This document shows positions 51,901 to 64,000 of a stretch of DNA of 64,000 bases, piece after piece; the first letter of the stretch is position 1, and every line of letters starts with the position of its first letter. A program made the translations under genes and the position numbers. A model generated the notes under the pieces. It was not told the DNA's origin. It made no database searches and was given only the letters and a program-made list of their open reading frames with translations. This stretch comes from Octopus sinensis (taxonomy: Eukaryota), in assembly GCF_006345805.1 (NCBI RefSeq), contig NC_043008.1, positions 31,868,001-31,932,000 of the forward strand, written 5' to 3'.

Positions 51901-54188
51901 GAGTAGAGAAGATGGATGGAATACTTGGCCTATACAACCTCAGAGAAGAGGTGAAAATGTTTCTAAATTCAGAGTATCTATTTCTATAATCACTATGTTT
52001 CAGGAACAGGCATGATAATAGGTTTAACAAAAGAGACAAAGAGCAATACTGACAAGCTATCACCTTGATGTAGGATTTTCCTTTTGATAATGTATGGCAT
52101 TAGATTTGGTTTGTTTACTATCGCGGGCATGGCTGTGTGGTTAGGGAGCTTGCTTCCTAGCTACATGGTTTCGGGTTCAGTCCCACTGCGTGGCACTTTG
52201 GGTAGGTGTCTTCCACTATAGCCCCGAGCTTTGTGATTGAATTCGGTAGGTGGAAGTTACTGCCGTGTGTGTATATGTGCGTGTAGGTGCTTGTGCCTCT
52301 CCCAAAGAGAGAGAGAGGGATGGCTGAGAAGTAAAGTGGTATACATAGTTCTGGTTAGGTACTGAAAAGCATCTGGCAATGGTGGTGGAACTTTGGTTAA
52401 TTATAATGTTTTGATCATCCACTTCTGTGGTATAAAAGGCTTTCTAGTCATCAAGTTACACTATGTACTCTAGGTACCTACCATTCCCTATATCATTTTG
52501 TTGATTAGCAGCTACTCTATATGGACCATACTTCCTTATTTCCTCAGGGTGCTCTGTTGTTGTAATATTAATGATAGCAAATTGATCTTGTATGAAGAAA
52601 GTAAAAGATAATAGATGTTATGGCTGGTAATTAAGCAGTAATTTTTGGCTGGTTCACTATATATTTTCACTATATTTTTTAATAAGAATAGTAAAGGCAG
52701 TTGATAAACATTTGGCTATATTTAACATACTCCTGATACAATTAACACAACTTTACATACAGTGTTATCAAATCTTGGCAAAAAAAAGATGAAAATTCTT
52801 GAACAAAAATTTTGTTACATGATCTGGGCTTGAGGATTTTCTGTTAGTAATTTTCTTTAGACCTTTTAATGGTGTTTTCATTGATATTATTTGACATATA
52901 TGCAGTAGTCCTCTTTTAGCCCTGCCATCCATATAGCTTATCTGGTTAGCATCATTTCTTCTCTCATATTCTCCTGAGACATCTTTTACAGAGATTAAGT
53001 TGTTTACATTGAAGTTACCACAGAACATATTTGGTTCTTTGGCTAATGGTCTACTTAGCATTTAGCATTTATCTTTATCTTTTAACTTCTATTTTTTACT
53101 TGTTTCATTCATTAGATTGTGACCTTTCTGGAGCACCACTTTGAACATATTGACCACCATACTATTTTTGTTCAACATTTGGTATTTATTCTATCGATTT
53201 CTTTTGCTAAATTATTAAGTTACAGGATGTTAACAAATCAACACTGGTTTTTAATTCAATAACACACTCACAAATAAGCATATACATAAATACATATTTA
53301 TATATGTACATATACATACATCAGGCCTTCACACACTTTCCCTTTATCAAATTCAGTCACAAGGCATTGATTTTTCCCAGTATAACAGAAGACACCTACC
53401 CATGGTGCCACACTCTGAGATTGAACTCAAAATGACATGATGGCAAAGCAAGCTTCTTAACCATACAGCCATGCCTCACTGTTAATTTATATTTAATCTT
53501 AGCTAAATAAACAATGATATCCATTATTGGAATTAAATTTAATGGTATTCACTATCTAACATATCTTTTCCTTAAAATTGTTTAAATTCTACAGTTGCAT
53601 GTGAGTGTACATACTGAGTTAATGTTGAACAAGTAAGGGATATGTTTGAAGTGCTGATTAACATATTTTTTTGTGATATGTATATTATTAAAGTAGATAC
53701 TTGTGTAGAAATACTTGTATGTAATTTTACCTTAATTTGAACAACACAGCTTATCTGTAAGATAACATGTTTAATTCGTCATTATTGCCACTTTGTTGTT
53801 GTTTATATATTTAATAATATCAGGGTAATAAAAATTTTAGAAATTTCTACTACCAGTGGCCTAGCGTAAAAAAAAAATTAGTCAATAGACTGTTCTATCT
53901 AGCGTAATGGATTCCTATGATGGAAGCCTCTTAATGTGTTTTAATGTACACTGTATTGTGTGTATGTATATATATATATACGGCATGGCTGTGTGGCTAG
54001 GGAGCTTGCTTTCTAGCTACATGGTTTCGAGTTCAGTCCCACTGCGTGGCACTTTGGGCAGGTGTCTTCCACTATAGCCCCGAGCCGACCGAAGCTTTGT
54101 GATTGAATTCGGTAGGTGGAAGTTACTGCCGTGTGTGTATATGTGTGTGTAGGTGCTCAGTGTCTCTCCGAAAGAGAGAGAGGGATAT

Positions 54189-54219
<31 letters not shown>

Positions 54220-56123
54220 GTGTGTGTATATATATATATGTACACACAATACAGGTCATGAGGCAGAGAAACTGGAAGTCTTTGTTGTTGATATCCAGAT
54301 AAGAGAGATGAGTGGTTGGTTAAGTGGAATCTACATATGTACAGACAACATTTCTGAGATTGAAATTTGAGAGTAGTTATTTACCCTGGGCAAGAGAAAT
54401 GGACTGTAGGTAAGAGGTGAGGAATAGGATGTGTAGTAAGTATATTAGTAGGAGGCCATGCATGCATTTAGTCTGACCCAGAGTCTACAGATATTAAAGA
54501 AGAGAAGGAAGGATTGTCCAGTGGAATCAGGGTTATTTTAGGGAGTATTTTGAGAGTATAAGTAGTATCAGTACACTCTGAGGTCACAATAACAAAAACT
54601 TATTGCCAGAAACCTGACTCTAATGCTTGCAGCAGAATGAACACCTCTCAAGACACCAACCATAGGCTAATGGTTGATATTAATCCATGCAGTAAAGGTG
54701 GTTAGCAGGCAGAATCATTATCATGCTGAGCGGCATTTTGTCTGTCTTAACATTCCAAGTCCAAATTCTGCAAAGGTCAACTTTGCCTTTCATCCTTTTG
54801 AGGTCGATAAGTTAAGTACCAATTGAGCACTGGGGTCAATGTAATCGACTTAACCATTCCCTGAAATTACTTGCCTTGTGCCATAATTTGAAACTGATAA
54901 TCCATGCAGCTTTGATATGTGCTTACCATCTTAAGAAGTCATTGCGTTGTTTCAAAATTTGACTTTGCTAGCATCTGTTTTCCTTTTTCACTGCTTTTAA
55001 ACATCAATGGAATATTCTAGTGTCAGCTGTAGGACAAGATCTAGCCAAGTGTCCATCAGATACAGGATGGTTACCACATTTTGATGGTATTTAAGCTCTG
55101 TACATGATTTTTAAAAAAAATTAAACATGCACTGGGGTTTGTATCAACTGACATCAAACAAATAAGAGCATGTGGAGTTTGAAGTACATATTGAAGTATT
55201 CATATTACATATTGAAGTAAACTTGAGTGCCCTATTTTAGATTAAAAATACTTAAATTCATTTTACCATCCATAAAAACAGTCCCAGGGACCAAAATCCG
55301 GCGATCTTAAACTCCATCCTGTCCTTCCTCCCTTCCTTCCTTCGTTTCTTTCTTTCTTTCTTTCTTTCTTCCTTGTTAGTTAGGTTTGTATTTTTCAGAA
55401 GTCACATGTAGAACTGCACTGTCTCATGTGTCTGTTTAAAATATGTATAGAAAATGTTAGTATGTGAAATCTAAATAAAATTTGGTAACTATTTTTAACA
55501 GATCAAGTCACTTGATTAGAGGCCTTTCAATTATTATCTAGGTCAATAGTTCTCAATTGAGGACACAACTGTTGGAAGTGAAGAGGGGGTGGGGAAATAA
55601 ATTGCCATGTTTAATAAAAACTAAAATATGTCTAACACCATAACAAAGAAAGAAGACTTGAAAAGACACAAACTTTATTGTCTTCTCATTATTAAAAAGA
55701 TTTCTTTATTAACCACAAAGGGTTTACATTAAGAAATACATTATGGGCTGTTGAGATCAAAATAAAGATAATAATAATAATAATAACAATAATCCTTTCT
55801 ACACAAAGGATAATTAATCAATCCCGAAAATATATATAATAATAAGGATCTTTTTTTTATTAAACACATAAGGTTTACATTAAGAAAAACATTATGGACA
55901 GTAAAGGATGAAATAAAGGGTAAATTTTTTGAGTAACATCCCCCTCGCAACCCCTTTTTCTGAACCAAAATAAGGGATTTGCAGCATATTAGGAAGTCAG
56001 GGTACTTGATTCCACACAAAAAATCCGAGTTTCTTTTTTTTTCTTAGTGAAAATCGTGCGGGTGTAACTAAAAAAATTTACCAAATAAAGAATGTTTGTG
56101 TTGTGAGGATCTTGTGTATAAAC

Positions 56124-56279
56124 AAGTGGCTGTGTGGTAAGTAGCTTGCTTTCGAACCACATGGTTCCAGGTTCAGTCCCACTGCATGGCACCTTGGGCA
56201 AGTGTCTTCTACTATAGCCTTGGGCTGACCAAAGCCTTGTGAGTGGATTTGGTAGACGGAAACTGAAAGAAGCCCGTCG

Positions 56280-56327
<48 letters not shown>

Positions 56328-56537
56328 TGTGTGTTTGTGTGTCTGTGTTTGTCCCCTCAACATCGCTTGACAACCGATGCTGGTGTGTTTACGTCCTCGT
56401 AACTTAGCGGTTCAGCAAAAGAGACTGACAGAATAAGTACTAGGCTTACAAAGAATAAGTCCTGGGATCGATTTGCTCGACTAAAGACAGTGCTCCAGCA
56501 TGGCCACAGTCAAATGACTGAAACAAGTAAAAGAGTA
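56124..56537 (+). mobile_element. CORE-type tRNA-derived SINE (OR2-like), well-preserved copy with internal (TG)n
   Basis: GGCTGTGTGG A-box, GGTTCAGTCCC B-box, GGCACCTTGGGCAAGTG core, tail CCAGCATGGCCACAGTCAAATGACTGAAAC. Many other copies (e.g. 13940-14460, 28060-28360, 32420-32780, 46925-47320). Confidence 0.82.
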
Positions 56538-56559
56538 TGAAATTTGTGGGGAGGGGGGA

Positions 56560-56975
56560 TAGTCGATTACATCGACTCCAGTACTCAACTGGTACTTGCA
56601 ATTTGGGGGGACGAGGATAAACGGATTAAGTCGATTATATCGACCCCAGTGCGTAAGTGGTATTTATTTAATCGATCCTGAAAGGATGAAAAGCAAAGTC
56701 GACCTTGGCGGAATTTGAACTCAGAACGTAGCGGCAGACGAAATACCTATTTCTTTACCACCCACAAGGGGCTAAACACAGAGGGGACAAATAAGGACAG
56801 ACAAACGGATTAAGTCGATTACATCGACCCCAGTGCGTAACTGGTACTTATTTAATCGACCCCGAAAGGATGAAAGGCAAAGTCGACCTCGGCGGAATTT
56901 GAACTCAGAACGTAGCGACGGGCGAAATACTGCTAAGCATTTCGTCCAGTGTGCTGACGGCCGAGCCAGCTTGCC
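56560..56975 (-). mobile_element. Tandem partial copies of the Meta-domain-like SINE
   Basis: Repeated GTCGATTACATCGACCCCAGTGCGTAA / GGCGGAATTTGAACTCAGAACGTAGCG blocks. Confidence 0.75.
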
Positions 56976-57000
56976 TTCTTCTTAATAATAATAAGAAAAA

Positions 57001-57080
57001 GTAGTAGTAGTAGTAGTAGTGGTAGTGGTGGTGGTGGCAGTGGTAGTAGTAGTGGTGGTAGTAGTAGTAGTAGTAGTAGT
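57001..57080. repeat. (GTA/GTG)n microsatellite
   Basis: Direct inspection. Confidence 0.9.
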
Positions 57081-58046
57081 TCATTAATATTTGTTGGTGC
57101 CAGGAATTTGTCAGTTTGACACTCACTGAGCAAAGTAATGTTACAGAGCAGTAAAGGGATGCTGAGAGGATGGTGTGGAGAACCCAACGCAGCCGGAGTA
57201 CAGAGATATTCGACTTACTCTAGTATATTCTCACTCTGCTCTCTTTATTGTATGTAATTGACATTTGAGTGCATAATTACAGTGTGCGTGCGCAACAATT
57301 ACAGTACTTTGTATTCATTTACATGCATCGACGGCTGAATGACACTGGTGACGCCACACTAACGCACGCACGTACACACACAAACATACATATACATGAG
57401 TATATGTATGTATATGCATGTGCGTGTGTAATCAGTATGTATGTATGTGTGTGTGAACGTCTGCTTATGAAAGGGAGGGACTTGGGAGAGTTTTTGACTG
57501 AAATAATTAAGTGGACAGGGAAAAACAAATACGTGAGAGAGAGTGATTGAAAATATAATAAAACTGAAGATATTAAGAGAGAGTGAATGAAATAGAAAAA
57601 CAAGTGGAATAGGTGTGGGTGAGAATAAGAGATGGATGGATGGATAGATAGAGAGAGGGAGAGAGAGAGAGGGTGTGTGTGTAAGTCTGAAAGAAGTGCG
57701 AAGTGCAGCGGGTGACAAAAAATAGTACGAAGTTACAGGAGGGTGTTGTATGTTGAGAGCAAATTTCTCAAATAAAAAGCACTGCTCCCAAAACATTAAA
57801 AAATTTCCCACTTTACAGCAGAACCATCATTAGTTTAGTTAGCAACAAGAAGTGGGAAGTTTGTCTTGCTTGTAAGATATATATTTTTACATACTTGTCT
57901 CTGCTGTTTCGTTCGTTGAACTTATTGCTTGACAGTTTCATTCATATTCGTCGTGTCACTTTTCTTAAGAGTACACGAACAGAACAGAACTTGTCACCTA
58001 CAAAGGAGTACTTCCATATACCGAACAGTAATACATCTTTTCAACT

Positions 58047-58103
58047 ATGACAACAATTCAAGCGCCACTGCCGAACAGGAATCCAGAAATTAAATATACT
58101 CAG
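58047..58103 (+). CDS. ALDH gene 2 exon 1
   Basis: actATG start, PEIKYTQ family motif, phase 0 donor CAG|gt. Confidence 0.82.
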
Positions 58104-60656
58104 GTATTTTCATTTAATTATTTGTCTTTGGGTATAAGAACCTCTGTGTATGTGCGTAACGTTAGCTACTCACGCTTAAATATTATTGCTCCCAACTTTG
58201 CTCACTAAAACAAACACACACCGACACAGCCTCCACCCTCCAATGCAACCTGTAACTATCCAAATCCCACTGACTACTTTTTGGGCAATCCTGCTTTCCC
58301 AAAAGTTATAGCCACCCTAAAACTACCCGATGTTATAATGTTGGCATGGTATTACTGTGAGAATTCGGTATTATTTGACCCTTTCACCCGTACGATTTTC
58401 ATTAAAAAAAATAATAAAATCCGAATTTCTGCGTGGAATCAAATACCCTGACCTCCTAATATGCTACAAAACCCGTTTTGGGGTCCGGAAAATGGGGTGA
58501 GATAAGGTGGAAGCCTCAGAGATTTCACCCCCACCCCATTGATCTTTTCACCCGCACGATTTTCCCTAAGAAAGGAAAAAAAGAAAACTCGGAATTTCTG
58601 CGTGGAACCAAGTACCCTGACTTCCTAATATAATGCAAACCCCTTATTTTCATTCAGAAAAAGGTGGGTGGGAAACTGCCCCGCCCCCATATCACTGAAT
58701 CTTCGAAAATTTTCTTTTTTTCATTTTTCTTGAATGAATTCTGGTGACCTCTTAATATGCTACAAACCCCCCTTTTTTGGGGTCCGGAAAATGGGGTAGG
58801 GTGAGGTGGAAACCTCGGAAATTTCACCTCCACCCCCATTTTCAAATATTTTTTGCTATTTCTTTCTTTACCCATTATTTTAGATAACATTTTACAGAAG
58901 TACTTTTTTAAGAGAGTGTGGATTACATTAGATTGAAAATTCAAAGAAGTTTGAAATGAATATGTGAAAATACAGAGGTTAGAAAAGTTAGTGTGTGGAG
59001 AGATAGCGAACGATAAATTCACCTAAAAAATACACGTTAGAGTTTTTGCATGTATGTGTGAGACAAAGTAAAAGTATATAATATTAAGGCATTTTTTTGC
59101 CAAATATTAAAGCAAAAATATCTTTTTCCTACCTCTTAAAATCACTGGATATAATAATCCCAGATTGCAAAATAAATTCCCAATTTTTGGTGCTAAAATT
59201 AGTTTCATTTTTGTTTGGTGAGAGAGAGATGGAGGAGTGAGAGAGAGAGGGAGAGTGAAACAAAGAGAGAGAGAAAGAAAGAAAGAGGAGTGAGTGACAT
59301 GGTTTACCCAAATTTTGAATGATAATTATGATGATAGTATATAATAAGAGAGAGAGAGAGAGTGGTGTAACAATATATAATTATATCTATATCATTATAT
59401 ATCATCATTCAAAATCTGTGTTTTTCTTTGTTAATGGCTTTTTTCTGGTTCTTTCGATACTGACTCTTTTGTTCACTAAGTGATAAATTTCGCTTCAACC
59501 CATACGATTCTTTATTTTCCATTAAAAAATTCTTATTTACTTTCTGCCTATCATATTAAGAAATATAATTTCCGTTACCCAGTTATTTTCATTGTTTACT
59601 ATCTTCTGCATCCATGTATTTCTGTATATGCGTAGAAGGAAAGTGACAAATTTGTCTACAATGTCAAGGTCAGCCAAAGATTATCTCTGTCCAAGGAAAG
59701 AGAGAGAGTGCTGAAAGGGAAGCATACCAAGAAACGAACAGACTGTGCACCTACAAAAGCCAGAACATCTCAAAGTGATGAACAAAGGTATGCACGGCTG
59801 ACAAGGAATAGGATCTCCACTGCAGAACAAAGAGCAGTTGCAACAGCTCAGAGAAGCAACTTCTATGAAGCAGCTTTCAATTATGATCCAATTATTTCAA
59901 TTATGCAGATGACACGAGTTTCCATTAGTGCAATGACAACTGAGTGCATACATTGTAAGCAAGGAAGTGGCCTGGAAAGACACCTGCACTGTGCTTCAGT
60001 GGTAGAAAGGTTAAACTCCCTGCAATCCTCCAACTTCCAGAGCCATTGAAGAAACTGTTGTCATCAACTGACCAAGATTCCAAGCACTTCCAAAACAAAA
60101 TTAGACAATGCAATACTGCACAACAGATGACATCATTTAGAGCCACAACTGAGCCAGGATTCATGCAAACTTTCAAGACTCAAGGTCAGATTTATCATCG
60201 GATTGGCTCTCTACTTCCTCTATCAAATGAATCACCAAAGTTGGCCTTACATTGTTTATAATCTGTACCTGTCTTTTGGTTATGAGATAAGCTACTCAAA
60301 ACATGTTTTTGAATTACGTGTATTTACTTTATATACATACATGAGTTGAAAACTTTCTTTTAACATTTCACTAAACGTCTATGTTCCATGCTGGCATGGG
60401 TTGCAGAGTTATTAATGTAGAAAGTTGGTATCTCAGCTACTAGCAGTTGACACTTGTATAATCTAGACGGCATTTTTAAATTTCATTATTCTCTTTAACC
60501 CAGGCAATGCCAGATATTTCTGCTAGTTTTTTATAGTATTAAATCAGAATTCTGGAAAGTTAATTTCTTACTGATTAAATAGTATTTTCATTGAAAATAT
60601 TCAATCTCTTATTTACAAAGTTAAAACATGTAGTGAGTCATCCATTCTGGCCATGA

Positions 60657-60738
<82 letters not shown>

Positions 60739-60752
60739 ATATATTATATATA

Positions 60753-60807
<55 letters not shown>

Positions 60808-61427
60808 TGCACGAGTGTATGTGTGTTCATGTCTCTGTCTCCTTATCTTGAGATCATACACCAAATGTAAACAAATGTCACCATCTTACAAGCAGTGTTG
60901 TTCATTTGCAATCTTTCAAGAAAACATGTCTGGTCATTGTGCTAGTCATGTACAGAAGACTGGGGGAAATATTAGCTTATTTGGAAAGCATGCAATGTTT
61001 TTCATTTCCAATCTTCCATGTAAAAATGTCTAACTATGGGGAATATTACCTTGCTTTGAATCAGGTGAGTGTTGGCAATGAAAAGAGCATGTGGGTACAG
61101 AAAATCTGCCTTGACAAATTTTGTCTGACCTCTGCAAGCATGTTAAAGTGATGGGTCTTCAAGATGCATTCACAAAACTTTCATTGTCTCAAGGATAGAG
61201 GAGAAGACACTTACTTAAAGTGCCTTGTAATGAGACTACATGGAAACAAAGATGATATTGATGATGACGATGATGATGATGATAATGATATGTTTTTATT
61301 TTGTTTGCTTTTTTTCTTACAGATTCTCATCAACAATGAATTTGTGAATTCAGCCAGTGGCAAAACTTTTCTAACTCTGAATCCCTGTCATGGAGAAACT
61401 ATATGTGAAATCCAGGAAAGTGACAAG
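58047..61427 (+). CDS. Second (tandem) ALDH1/2-family gene, 5' part only: exons 58047..58103 and 61323..61427; continues beyond the window
   Basis: Exon 1 MTTIQAPLPNRNPEIKYTQ|gtattt with in-frame TAA upstream at 58029. Exon 2 ttacag|[35 protein letters not shown]|gtaaaa is 94/105 nt identical to gene 1 exon 2. Confidence 0.88.
59386..60526 (+). mobile_element. Helitron remnant with RepHel N-terminal coding fragments
   Basis: CIHCK..KW zinc-ribbon-like piece and NKIRQ..MTSF..FKTQGQIYHRIGSLLP motif (59940-60240). Decayed 3' hairpin + CTAG|T at 60497-60526. The 5' boundary is uncertain. Confidence 0.7.
60660..60804. repeat. (TA)n/(CA)n compound microsatellite
   Basis: Direct inspection. Confidence 0.9.
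61323..61427 (+). CDS. ALDH gene 2 exon 2
   Basis: 105 nt, AG/GT flanks, near-copy of 15095..15199. Confidence 0.92.
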
Positions 61428-64000
61428 GTAAAAATATCTCTCGATCCACCTATCCATCCATCCATCCATCTGTCTTCTTTGCCCACTATTCCTAGGAGGA
61501 TCATAGAGGTAAAGCACCTTTTCCATAGGGTCCTTTCAGAAGCAACCATCAGTAGACTTTCATACTGGATTACAAAGCATGAACAAATGAGACTATGGAT
61601 ACTATCCAACTGTCTCATACTTGGTCTACTCCTAGGTCCTCTGCCAGCTGACCTGGCTTGCAAAATCCATCTTACAATTCTTTTCTGTGAATTTCTAAAC
61701 TAATGATTCCCAATGCGGAACATATATAGAACATAGAATTGCGAAAATCTTTTTATCACAGCAAACATACTACACTTACACTCAGCCAAGCCAAAATTGT
61801 CTGTTGGAAAACTGATCTTAAGTCCATATATGAATGGCCAGATGTTTTAACTGTTATGTTGTTCATATGCAGGGAGGAAGTAATACAAGACTATAATTGA
61901 AATGTCCAGTGGAAAAACTTGGTCACTTCATTTAACGAGTAGCACAGATGTGGTTATAGGTGCAGGCATAGATGTGTGGGTAAGAGGCTTGCTTTCCAAA
62001 CATGTGGTCTTGGGTTCAGTCCCACTGCATGGCACCTTGAGCAAGTGCCTTCTACTATAGCCCCAGGCAACTGGAGCCTTGTGGGTGGATTTGATAGACA
62101 AACTGAAAGAAGACCATAGATGTGTGTGTGTGTGTATGTGTGTGTACTCTTATTTTGAAATGATCATCATCATCATACAAGTAATGTTTTTTTTCCCCCA
62201 CCTCCCATGAGAAACATATCTGGCTATGGGGAAATATTACCTTACTTGGAAACAGGAAGGACATCTAGTTGTAAAATAAATCTGCCTCAACAAATTCCAT
62301 CCAACCCATGCAAACATGAAAAAGTGAACATCAAATGATGATGATGATGATGATGTAACAACTGAATGCTCATTATCAAAACCAGTCTACTGAAGAAAGC
62401 TTTATGTATACAAAAGTTAACATAATGTACAGTTGGACTGAGCATATCAGAGCAAATTGTGTAGCACCAAGCTCTCAGAAAAACTTCTGACAGCCCAGGA
62501 AATGAGAGAATGGCATCTGTTGGCAAAGTTTTTTTTTTTTGTCTTTTTTTAATGCCAGGCAGTCTTTGATGAACAGTATTGCTTCCACCAAAGTTCTCAA
62601 GGATGAGAAAGTATTGATGTGTGATGTAGCAGATTTGATAGGCTCTATATTGTTGTTGTTTAGTCTCTAAGTCAGCCCTGACAGAACAGACACACTTTTT
62701 GATCAAAGGCATTCATCCAATATTTTTTTCCAGGTATATTGCTCCTGGAACTTCATCATCCACTGTGTTGTTTCTTAAGAGAATAGGGTGTGGTTTGAGG
62801 GAGACATGGCTACTATTCCTAGCAGATTTAGTAACTGCATAGAAGCTCACTTTAATCTCTTAAATAAACTGTAAAGATAGACAAGAATGAAGGTGGTTAC
62901 TTGCAACTGTTCTTCTAACTTGTACATACTGGAAAGAAGGACAATAGATTAATATTCTGTAGGGGCCTGTCTGACAGTCAATGGATAGAAATTTCAACCT
63001 GAAGGCTGCGAGCTGACAGAAACATTAGCATGCCGGGCGAAATGCTTAGCGGTGTTTCGTCTGCTGTTACGTTCTGAGTTGAAATTCCGCCAAGGTCGAC
63101 TTTCCCTTTCATCCTTTTGGGGTTGATAAATTAAGTACCAGTTACACACTGGTGTTGATGTAATCGACCTAATCCCCTTGTTTGTCCCCTCTATGTCTAG
63201 CCCCTTGTGGGCAATAAAGAAATAAGAAATTTCAACCTATTAGATCTGACTCAGATTTACCTCAGTTAGATATTAAATTAGCTTACAGGTATTAAGAGAT
63301 TTAATGCTATTTTTAGCAGTTCAAGTGTAGTTGACAAGCTTTAACCTTTTAGCATTCAGATTAATCTGTCAAATGTAATGCTTCTTTATTCATTGTTTTG
63401 AAATAATTATACATTATCTCATAGCTTCAAGATTTCAGTGATCTTCATGATGATGATCATCATCATTTAAGGTCTGTTTTCTATGTTGGCCTGGGTTGGA
63501 TGGTTTGACAGAAGCTGTCCAGCTGAAGAGCTGTCCGGGCTCCAATTGATTGTTTTAGCATGGTTACTATGGCTGGATGCCCTTCCTAATACCAACTACT
63601 TTCCAAGGTGTGCTTGGTGCTTTTTATGTGCTGCTAGCATGGATATATTTATATGGCACCAGCACAAGTGCATTTTACTTGGCACTGACGTGAGTGTATT
63701 GTATGCGACACTGACACAAGGGAATTTTATGTGGCACTGGCATGTCATGTGATTGCTTATTTTTATAATGACATTGTAAAGTATGTGTGAGGAACCAGAT
63801 CTAACCACTTTGAACATAAAACAAGTAGAATATTTGGGCTGGATATGGTTGGTTTAAATACTAAAGGATAAAGACATTCAATGCTACATTTAACAATTCA
63901 AATATAGTTGACACACATTAAGAGATTCAATGCTACATTCAGAATTTTAAGTAACTGAGCTTATTAAAAAGGTAACTGATGTGTTTCCACAATTCTTATA

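Noticed and set aside
56124-56200. tRNA genes
   Set aside because: A/B-box-like heads continue into SINE bodies, and no complete cloverleaf was recognised anywhere in the window.
57990-57998. CTTGTCACC shared upstream of both start codons
   Set aside because: Only 9 bp and at different distances from the ATG, so it could be chance.
61323-61427. Mutually exclusive alternative exon 2 of gene 1
   Set aside because: It lies downstream of gene 1's stop and polyA signals and has its own exon 1.

Overview
AT-rich eukaryotic genomic DNA, most likely an octopus (coleoid cephalopod), judged from its tRNA-derived SINE families and repeat landscape. The window holds one complete 14-exon cytosolic aldehyde dehydrogenase gene of the ALDH1/2 family on the + strand (ATG 7122, stop 37602, 1491 nt CDS = 496 aa, all GT-AG introns, catalytic Asn/Glu/Cys motifs intact). 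The first two exons of a tandem paralog follow (58047-58103 and 61323-61427), and that gene runs off the right end. The rest is introns and intergenic DNA filled with SINEs, three mariner relics, Helitrons, MITEs, LINE fragments, micro/minisatellites and a 1.9 kb foldback element with an 8-bp TSD. The most notable unexplained signals are several long intronic inverted repeats, especially a ~93% complementary pair bracketing exons 12-13. Also notable are a gene structure combining ALDH1A- and ALDH2-diagnostic introns and very uneven divergence between the paralogs' exons 1 and 2. No clearly new biological system can be demonstrated from sequence alone. Most ORFs in the supplied track are spurious, and repeat boundaries are approximate unless a TIR or TSD is quoted.
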